Assembly (NCBI GenBank): GCA_016712045.1
Contig: JADJRV010000020.1
Location: 866 to 64,865, forward strand
Direction of reading: 5' to 3'
DNA from: Chloracidobacterium sp.
Lineage (GTDB): Bacteria > Acidobacteriota > Blastocatellia > Pyrinomonadales > Pyrinomonadaceae
DNA length: 64,000 nt
Shown one piece after another: positions 1 to 6,456 of this stretch. How positions within the stretch are numbered: position 1 is the first letter of the stretch; each line of letters begins with the position of its first letter. Below the pieces are notes generated by a model that was given only the letters and a program-made list of their open reading frames with translations, made no database searches and was not told the origin of the DNA. The position numbers and the translations under genes are program-made.

Positions 1-246
1 ATTGCCACTTGGACGAATGAGAGAGATGTAGTCTATGACTGCTTTATGGGAAGCGGAACCACGGCGGTTGCATCTTGCAATCTACGACGCAATTTTCTTG
101 GCTCCGAAATATCCGAAGAGTATGTAGAGGTCGCAAACGAGCGGCTAATCATGTACCGACATAAAATCAAACCGTTATCCGTAATTGAAACTTCCTACAC
201 CATGCCCACCGTCGCAAATGGAAATGCGGCGGCTCTTCTTACGTAA
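1..246 (+). CDS. DNA methyltransferase (N6/N4 type), C-terminal fragment; 5' end lies outside the window
   Basis: Frame 1 is open from base 1 (IATWTNERDVVYDCFMGSGTTAVA...). It carries the AdoMet-binding motif D-x-F-x-GSGTT. Stop at 244-246. Confidence 0.75.
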   Translation: MATWTNERDVVYDCFMGSGTTAVASCNLRRNFLGSEISEEYVEVANERLIMYRHKIKPLSVIETSYTMPTVANGNAAALLT

Positions 247-343
247 GCGTCCTTAAGTAAAGCTGATGATCAATTTACTGAGATGCGATTTTGAAACCAC
301 TCAAAAACATTGGGTAGCGGGATCTGCCGGCCTGTTCGAAGAA

Positions 344-676
344 CTACCGGAGGAATTTAGCCTTGTGATGCTTTATCTCCTCCATAACCTCGCCGATTAA
401 ATCCGCCTTTATTACGCCAAACTTCCGACTAATTTGCCAGAAAATAATGGTCAGGATTAGAGACAAAACTGTAGCTACAGATGTAATAAAAGCAAGTGCA
501 GGAGGTGGGGCAATAGCATTAAGGTAAAGTGAGATCGTAAAGGTTGCGAGACCGATAAACGCGCCTGCACAAAACAACGATAGCCCTTGATAATCTTTCG
601 CCGAGGAGGAGCCTTGCGCTTTTTCGAGTCGAGATTCGATCCTGTTCAGGTCGCAACTCAAAACAAACGAGTTCAT
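344..676 (-). CDS. hypothetical small membrane protein (two predicted TM helices)
   Basis: 110-aa ORF with a polar N-terminal helix, two hydrophobic stretches (LSLFCAGAFIGLATFTISLYL, ALAFITSVATVLSLILTIIFW) and a charged C-terminal helix. No family recognised. Confidence 0.45.
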   Translation of the reverse strand: MNSFVLSCDLNRIESRLEKAQGSSSAKDYQGLSLFCAGAFIGLATFTISLYLNAIAPPPALAFITSVATVLSLILTIIFWQISRKFGVIKADLIGEVMEEIKHHKAKFLR

Positions 677-812
677 CTTTTAATTTCCGCAAAGATGTCC
701 CGTGTCAGCCGCCTCGACGTAATCTGTGGTTCCCAGATTCTCTTGGAGCGCGGACGGGCTTTCGTGGTCTTTTTTTGTTTCTGTAACTTTGCGCGGCCGG
801 GTCATCTCTCCT

Positions 813-846
813 CCATAAAAAGAAATGGGGAGGCCTAAGGCCTCCC
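813..846 (-). terminator. rho-independent terminator (minus strand)
   Basis: Hairpin GGGAGGCC / GGCCTCCC (828-846) followed in minus sense by CATTTCTTTTTAT. It sits at the end of the 835..1186 reading frame. Confidence 0.5.
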
Positions 847-1186
847 ATCGTCTGACTCGTCGTCGTCGTCGTATCCGCCCATTTCGGAAGGCGGCGGCGG
901 CGGGACATTATTCCCCTTGCTATTTATTTCTCTTTTCCGTCCCAGAGCGGCGACATTCTCCAAAGGATGCATCACTAACTCTTTCTGGACATCAGTATCT
1001 TCGTTCAGGGAGATAATAATATTGCCTTTTGAACGATTTCTTCAGATTTTTCACCTTGCGTCTCTTATAAGGTTTTACGTCAAGATCTACGTGTTCCGCC
1101 AGAATCTTTCTGAGACCGGGACTTGTTTCGGCCATTTTCTCTAAATCCAAAGGTACTTCAGATTTTGCTTTTTTAGCGAGTTTCAT
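835..1186 (-). CDS. hypothetical protein with Pro-rich, acidic C-terminus; frame apparently shifted once near 1010-1040
   Basis: ATG at 1186 is preceded by GGAGGAA. The ORF-track frame stops at 992. A neighbouring frame stays open for 62 codons (...NIIISLNEDTDVQKELV...PPPPPSEMGGYDDDDESDDGRP), and its TAG (835-837) lies in the terminator loop. Confidence 0.35.
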
Positions 1187-1288
1187 CACATTCCTCCGCG
1201 CAAATAAGTTGATTATCATGTGTCATGAAAATCTTTGGGTCCGAGCCTAACGACTCGACAACACCCTCCTCTCGTACTCTGCTAACTA

Positions 1289-1501
1289 TCACCAATCAAT
1301 TATGTCGTCAGCAAAGTCACTTGCAACGTCATCTACCGAACAATTCAGGATAAATTCAGTCGGCGTAACGTAATCCACTACCGCGTTCTCTTGAATACGC
1401 TTGATCATTTCTGCAAGCGAAATTGGAACCCGATCCGATTTTCGTGCCGCTTCTGAATCCGCAGGTCGCTTTCTTAAAACTCCGGCCCCAGTTCGCTTCA
1501 T
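1289..1501 (-). CDS. hypothetical protein (70 aa)
   Basis: ORF with a strong SD-like GAGGAGGG a few nt upstream of the ATG. No family recognised. Confidence 0.5.
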   Translation of the reverse strand: MKRTGAGVLRKRPADSEAARKSDRVPISLAEMIKRIQENAVVDYVTPTEFILNCSVDDVASDFADDIIDW

Positions 1502-1660
1502 GGATCTTCCCTCCTCAACATCATGGTAAAACCAAAACGAGATTGTTAGCTCTCATGAGGAGTCTACACATTAAAGAGGTATGTCAATGAACTCCACAAA
1601 ATGTCGATTTTTTTATTCGACCTTTTTGCGAAATAGAGCAATCGGGGCCCACGGTCCCTG

Positions 1661-2323
1661 TCACACTTGATCGTCTACCGGATAAAGATGCTCAAGCGTA
1701 TCGCCTAGCTGGTCGGATTCCATTTTGCCTTCGTAGGGGCGGAGGAGGGCTTCGTCGCCTTCGTTTAGCCAGAGGCGTTGCTCGTCTTTGTCGGTAAGGA
1801 TGACGGGCATTGCCTTTTCGTGGATCGGTTTCATGAACTCGTTTGGCTCGGTCGTAAAGACGGTGAATGAGTATCGTGTCTCGTTTCCCTCAAAATAACG
1901 GCTCCAGAGGCCGGCGAGAGCGTAAGGATTACGTCCCTCGACAAATATCTCGACCGGCGGCAGCCCTTTGCCTTTGACGGGCCACTCGTAAAAGCTGTCG
2001 ATCGGCAATATGCAGCGTTGGCCTTTTTTGAGCAGAGCGGGCCAGAGCTTTTTGTCGTGCATCGTCTCGACGCGGGCGTTAAAGGTCGGGTATTTTGCCT
2101 CCCATTTATACGAGCCGTCCCACTGGCACCACCAGCGTGCCTCGACCGTTTTGATCACGCCGTCACCACGCCTTGCGACAATGTACGCGGGCTCGGTGGG
2201 TTTGATATTACGCCGCGAGATGTTGCGGCCCGGCCGTTCGTCAAACTCGCCCTCAGGGTTTAACCAGCCTTCGATAAACGGGCCGTAGTTTCTAACGTCT
2301 TTTTGTGATATTCGTCCGCACAT
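1661..2323 (-). CDS. SOS-response-associated peptidase (SRAP / abasic-site processing protein, YedK/HMCES family)
   Basis: 220 aa starting MCGR (catalytic Cys2). The length and motifs (FNARVET, SFYEW, FTVFTTEPN) are typical of SRAP domains. Confidence 0.9.
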   Translation of the reverse strand: MCGRISQKDVRNYGPFIEGWLNPEGEFDERPGRNISRRNIKPTEPAYIVARRGDGVIKTVEARWWCQWDGSYKWEAKYPTFNARVETMHDKKLWPALLKKGQRCILPIDSFYEWPVKGKGLPPVEIFVEGRNPYALAGLWSRYFEGNETRYSFTVFTTEPNEFMKPIHEKAMPVILTDKDEQRLWLNEGDEALLRPYEGKMESDQLGDTLEHLYPVDDQV

Positions 2324-2331
2324 GACTTAAA

Positions 2332-2435
2332 GGATAAAGGATAAAGGATAAGGGATAAAGTGACGGAGAATGCACAATGCACAATGCACAGTGCAGAATG
2401 CCCTCTGACAACTGACCACTGACCACTGACAACTG
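2332..2435 (+). repeat. three consecutive tandem heptamer arrays: (GGATAAA)x4, (AATGCAC)x5, (CTGACMA)x4
   Basis: Read directly: GGATAAA-type units 2332-2359, AATGCAC/AGTGCAG units 2369-2403, CTGACAA/CTGACCA units 2405-2432. Located in the divergent intergenic region between the SRAP and sigma genes. Confidence 0.85.
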
Positions 2436-2455
2436 CCCCGCTGCGGGGCGTTTTT
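2435..2455 (+). terminator. rho-independent terminator-like hairpin directly after the heptamer arrays
   Basis: GCCCCG-CTG-CGGGGC followed by G and TTTTT. There is no upstream plus-strand CDS to terminate. Confidence 0.45.
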
Positions 2456-2471
2456 GTGCTATCTTTTTGTT

Positions 2472-2498
2472 GGAACTTTTGGGCAAAGTGCCTCGTAA
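2472..2498 (+). promoter_or_regulatory. candidate ECF-type promoter (GGAAC-N17-CGTAA) upstream of the sigma gene
   Basis: GGAAC at 2472-2476, a 17-nt spacer, then CGTAA at 2494-2498. This lies about 95 nt upstream of the TTG start at 2592 and matches the generic ECF GGAAC...CGT architecture. Confidence 0.4.
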
Positions 2499-2591
2499 AC
2501 TCTCATTGACAAGGCGAGGTTTCGTGCTTTTGTCCGTTGATAACCATGGCGGCCGGCGTAACTAGTAGCGGGCCAGTGACGGAGAGAACTT

Positions 2592-3185
2592 TTGGAAGCG
2601 ATACAGGCTGTTGCCGAATTTAATGGAGCGGAACTCGTCAAGCGTGCTAAGGCAGGCGACGGCGCGGCGTGGGAAGATATTGTCTCGAGTTTTTCGCGGC
2701 GAATTTTTAACCTCGCGTACCGTTTTACCTCCAGCCCGGACGCCGCTGAGGATCTGACGCAGGACGTTTTTATCCGCGTCTATCGGTCGCTCGACCAATA
2801 TGACTCCAAACAGGGAGATCTCGCGAATTGGTTAATGCGGCTTGCACGCAATTTGATAATCGACGATTACCGGCACCGCCAGCGTAATCCGCAAAATTCG
2901 ATGGCGGACGCGGTGGACGATCACCAGTATCACCTGAGAGCCGCCGGAACGTCGGCCCATCGCGAGATGGAACGCAAAGAGCTGGCAAATCAGGTGCAAG
3001 AGGGCATCGACAAGCTGCCGGAAGATCTGAAGACTTGTGTGATACTGCGGGACATCGAGGAATTGACATACCAGGAGATAGTTGACGTGCTGAAAATACC
3101 CGAGGGCACCGTCAAATCGCGTATCAACCGCGGACGTATTGAGCTCGCAAAAATACTAAGAAGGATGAGGGTGGTGACAATTTGA
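2592..3185 (+). CDS. RNA polymerase ECF-type sigma-70 factor
   Basis: 197 aa with region 2 (DLTQDVFIRVYRSL, ANWLMRLARNLIIDDYR) and region 4 (CVILRDIEELTYQEIVDVLKIPEGTVKSRINRGR). TTG start preceded by GGAGAG. Confidence 0.9.
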   Translation: MEAIQAVAEFNGAELVKRAKAGDGAAWEDIVSSFSRRIFNLAYRFTSSPDAAEDLTQDVFIRVYRSLDQYDSKQGDLANWLMRLARNLIIDDYRHRQRNPQNSMADAVDDHQYHLRAAGTSAHREMERKELANQVQEGIDKLPEDLKTCVILRDIEELTYQEIVDVLKIPEGTVKSRINRGRIELAKILRRMRVVTI

Positions 3186-3427
3186 TGAACGATCCAAATG
3201 AAATAACAAATCAGATCGCCAATCAGGCACAGGCTCAGCAAGCCACTATTGGCGATACGGTAGCAGACGTTGGCGGCACAGTTGCCGGGATCGGCACGGA
3301 GCTCGTGGCAGATGTCGCGGTTGAGGGTGCCATCGACACAGCGGCTGAGGTTGCAGGCGGTATTGGGGAAACGGTATTGGGCGGAGTCGGTGATCTGCTC
3401 GGAGGATTATTTGACGCGATCGATTGA
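3185..3427 (+). CDS. small acidic Gly/Ala/Val-rich protein, unknown function
   Basis: 80 aa. Its ATG overlaps the sigma gene stop (TGATG), and AAGGATGAGGG lies upstream. Composition is low-complexity (…VADVGGTVAGIGTELVADVAVEGAIDTAAEVAGGIGETVLGGVGDLLGGLFDAID). Confidence 0.55.
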   Translation: MNDPNEITNQIANQAQAQQATIGDTVADVGGTVAGIGTELVADVAVEGAIDTAAEVAGGIGETVLGGVGDLLGGLFDAID

Positions 3428-3457
3428 TCGCAAAGTTAGTAACAAGGGGTTGAATTT

Positions 3458-4243
3458 ATGAATAAGGAGAAGAACATTATCAATTGTTCGCAGTTCGAAG
3501 AGCTGCTGACGGATTATCTTGATAAGACGCTCGTGAACGGTGTGCATAGCTCCGTCGCCGAGCACGCTCTCTCCTGTCCGCTGTGCCACGCTTTGCTCAA
3601 CGACGTTAAGGAATCGCTCGATGCTTGCCGCAATATGGCCGTGCCGAGCGTGTCGGTCACGAAATTAGAGGCCCGCGTGCTGTCGATGACCATGCCCGAA
3701 ACGGCGATGGTCTGCGAAGATTTTGAGTGGCACCTGACCGATTATCTCGACGGATTTTTGCCCGCACAGACATTTCACCGCTGGGAACGCCACGCGGCGC
3801 TTTGCACGACTTGCGAGGACCTCCCCGGCATGGTCGTGCGTTCGATCGGCGCGTGTTATACCTACAAGATGGAAGAGCTGGCCGTGCCCGCCGGTCTGCA
3901 CGAGCGGATCTTGGAAAAAACGCTGGGCGATGTCGAGATCAAAGAATTGAAAGTTTCGTGGGCCGCACGTCTGGGCGAATGGATCGACGGGATCAAATTC
4001 CCGATATCCGTGCCGCAGCTTGCTCCGCTTGCAATGATGGTGATGTTTGCGTTTTTGGTGTTTAGCCAGACGGTCTCGGCCGACGGCACGATCGGCAGCG
4101 TCTATGAAAAGAGCGTCGAGCTTGCCGAGGCGACATATCAGCAGAGTGCGGATGCACTAAAAGGAAATCCTCAACAGGGCCAGAGCGTAAAGCAAGATCC
4201 CGTGAGCGGAACGACCGATGTTTCGAATGAGGGCGGGCAATAA
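3458..4243 (+). CDS. anti-sigma factor with two tandem zf-HC2 (ZAS) motifs and one TM helix
   Basis: H-x3-C-x2-C occurs twice (AEHALSCPLCH and ERHAALCTTCE), each after a C..F/L..L.DYLD helix. TM segment PLAMMVMFAFLVF. Confidence 0.8.
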   Translation: MNKEKNIINCSQFEELLTDYLDKTLVNGVHSSVAEHALSCPLCHALLNDVKESLDACRNMAVPSVSVTKLEARVLSMTMPETAMVCEDFEWHLTDYLDGFLPAQTFHRWERHAALCTTCEDLPGMVVRSIGACYTYKMEELAVPAGLHERILEKTLGDVEIKELKVSWAARLGEWIDGIKFPISVPQLAPLAMMVMFAFLVFSQTVSADGTIGSVYEKSVELAEATYQQSADALKGNPQQGQSVKQDPVSGTTDVSNEGGQ

Positions 4244-4998
4244 TGAATTGTAGCTATCACGACCATAACGCGGCAACAGTAAGCTGTAACGGATGCGGAC
4301 GGCCGCTCTGTCCGGCTTGCGACCATCGCATCAAGGGGTTCCCTTATTGCCAGGATTGCATCGTTTTGGGCGTGGAAATGCTGCAAGAGCGTAGCCAGAC
4401 AAATTACGCTCCGTATGTAAAAAAACGCACGAGCCCTGTGATCGCGACGCTGCTCTCGATGGTCTGTCCGGGACTTGGGGCGGCTTATAATGGGCAGACG
4501 GTCAAGGCATTGGTGTATTTCGCGGTGTTCGTCGGGCTCTTTCAAATGGCGGTATTGACTGGTGGTGCACCGTTGTTTGTACTGAGCTTTATCGGGATGT
4601 GGTTTTTTTCGGCACTCGATTCGTGGCGGACAGCACAGGCGATACGTTCGGGGTTGACGCCGGATGTCGCTGATGACGTGCTGGTCAAAAGATTTTCCGG
4701 CAACCCAAAACTGTGGGGCATCGTCTTAACCGTGCTGGGCGCTGGATTTTTGTTTCAACGACTCTTTAACGTCGGCCCGCTTATGCGGGGACTATTGCCG
4801 GTTATGCTCATCGGGCTCGGCATTTATCTGCTCAAGGGTTATATTTTCAAGCCCAAGGCCGTCGAGGAAACGCAGTGGTCTTCGCGGCAGCCGTCTGCGA
4901 GCTTTGCTTTGACGCAGACTCATTATCAAGAGGCTGACTACAATGTCGCCGGTGATTTTGCCGACCGTTCACGCTCGGGAAGTTGGAAAGATGTTTAG
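4243..4998 (+). CDS. zinc-finger (B-box-like Cys/His cluster) multi-pass membrane protein
   Basis: 251 aa. N-terminus CSYHDHNAATVSCNGCGRPLCPACDHRIKGFPYCQDC, then about 4 TM helices. Its ATG overlaps the anti-sigma stop (TAATG). Confidence 0.7.
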   Translation: MNCSYHDHNAATVSCNGCGRPLCPACDHRIKGFPYCQDCIVLGVEMLQERSQTNYAPYVKKRTSPVIATLLSMVCPGLGAAYNGQTVKALVYFAVFVGLFQMAVLTGGAPLFVLSFIGMWFFSALDSWRTAQAIRSGLTPDVADDVLVKRFSGNPKLWGIVLTVLGAGFLFQRLFNVGPLMRGLLPVMLIGLGIYLLKGYIFKPKAVEETQWSSRQPSASFALTQTHYQEADYNVAGDFADRSRSGSWKDV

Positions 4999-5028
4999 AT
5001 TCGTATTTTGTTGTAAGGAGCCAAGGCT

Positions 5029-5235
5029 ATGATGTTTTTAAAGGCCGCGTCGGTTATAGGAGCTTTGCTGGCGGTGATCGCACTGGTGGTCACATTTCTC
5101 GAAGCACTGATAGGCTTGGTGGGGATCCTTGCTTTTGCCATAAAGATCATCGTTGTTTTGGTGTTTATTTTGGTCATCGGATCGGTCGGCTATATGGTCT
5201 TTAAGGCCTGGCAGTCCAAGCAAAACGGATACTAG
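5029..5235 (+). CDS. small hydrophobic membrane protein (68 aa)
   Basis: AAGGAG lies upstream of the ATG. The sequence is almost entirely hydrophobic (two TM helices). It is the last gene before a terminator. Confidence 0.5.
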   Translation: MMFLKAASVIGALLAVIALVVTFLEALIGLVGILAFAIKIIVVLVFILVIGSVGYMVFKAWQSKQNGY

Positions 5236-5277
5236 ACGAGTCAGTATTTTTGATATACGTAATAAGCCGCTACGATA

Positions 5278-5303
5278 GGCAGGCGCTCAATGCTTGCCTT
5301 TTC
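5278..5303 (+). terminator. rho-independent terminator of the sigma operon
   Basis: GGCAGGC-gctcaat-GCTTGCC followed by TTTTC. Confidence 0.5.
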
Positions 5304-5511
5304 GGGCGGCGTATGATTTTATATAAGTTCCGGTTAATTGAGTTAATTGGGATTATACAAGGTGGTCTTCCCACGACCGAGAGTTTGTTTCAGTAAGTAG
5401 ACTCTTGTTTTAGGTTTCGCGTTAGTCGCTCGCGGCTATTCTTGCGTGATTCCGTGTGCCGGATCGAAAGATCGATGGTACGAAATCATTGATAAGGAGC
5501 TTTAAAGCATA

Positions 5512-6306
5512 ATGCAGAAAAACGACAAGTTTTATACTTTTCTTTTATCGCATTCATCAAGATCTAAGATATATATCAAGAGAGTTGCTATCTCTAAGAG
5601 CCTCGTTCATTTTGGTTCGGTCGGTATTTTTCTTGTTCTCGGTTTAACTACAATGAGTATCGGTGTCTCGGGCGTCGTCCGCAGCACCGTGCTCGCGCAG
5701 TCCATTTCGGACGTTCCTGTCACAACTCAAATGACAGCTCAGTCCGCTCCGGCGGCCGAGCCTGTTCAGCCAACGACGGACGCTTTTGCTTTTAATAGCG
5801 GCGGTCCTGAGGAAATTGAGGGTGTTGACGGTGAAACCAGCGAGATGGAAAGTGAGATGCGTGAGATCCGTGCGTCTATAGACCCGGCGTTTTTGCCATC
5901 GGTCTGGCCGCACCAAGGCAAGATCAATAACGAATTTGGTTTTCGCCGCAATCCGTTTGGCGGACGCTCGTATGAGTTTCACGCAGGGATGGATATCGAC
6001 GGCGAACGCGGTGACCTGGTCATTGCACCCGCCGGCGGCACCGTTATCAAAGCGAGTTGGTCTGGCGGTTACGGCAATATGCTAGAGATCGACCACGGTA
6101 ATGGGTTGACAACACGCTATGGCCATCTCTCGAAGATCGAGGTCGGCGTCGGTGATCAGATCACACGCGGACAGCTGGTCGCTTATGTCGGGTCGACGGG
6201 CCGCTCGACCGGGCCGCATCTTCATTATGAGCTGCGTCTAAACGACAAATCGATCAACCCGCGTCACGTGCTGCCGCAGGAATCGCCAACCGTTCCGGTT
6301 AAATAA
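5512..6306 (+). CDS. M23 family metallopeptidase (LytM-like)
   Basis: HAGMDI...GGYGNMLEIDHGNGLTTRYGHL...GSTGRSTGPHLHYE motifs, with an N-terminal TM anchor. Confidence 0.9.
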   Translation: MQKNDKFYTFLLSHSSRSKIYIKRVAISKSLVHFGSVGIFLVLGLTTMSIGVSGVVRSTVLAQSISDVPVTTQMTAQSAPAAEPVQPTTDAFAFNSGGPEEIEGVDGETSEMESEMREIRASIDPAFLPSVWPHQGKINNEFGFRRNPFGGRSYEFHAGMDIDGERGDLVIAPAGGTVIKASWSGGYGNMLEIDHGNGLTTRYGHLSKIEVGVGDQITRGQLVAYVGSTGRSTGPHLHYELRLNDKSINPRHVLPQESPTVPVK

Positions 6307-6330
6307 GAGTTTTACAATTTTAATAGAAAA

Positions 6331-6358
6331 GCGAGTCACCCAGGTGGCTCGCTTTTTT
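6331..6358 (+). terminator. rho-independent terminator
   Basis: GCGAGTCAC-ccag-GTGGCTCGC followed by TTTTTT. Confidence 0.6.
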
Positions 6359-6456
6359 GTGTTCGCATCTAATGTTAGTATTGAGCCAGATCAATTACCA
6401 ATTTTCTAGAGGATCCAAGCTATGAAATTTAAGAATAATCGTTTTCAACGCTCGCG

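Noticed and set aside
2332-2435. Possible CRISPR array or minisatellite-encoded peptide.
   Set aside because: The units are 7 nt and directly abutting with no spacers, so this is not a CRISPR array. The minus-strand ORF across it (2292-2486) is a low-complexity translation of the repeats.
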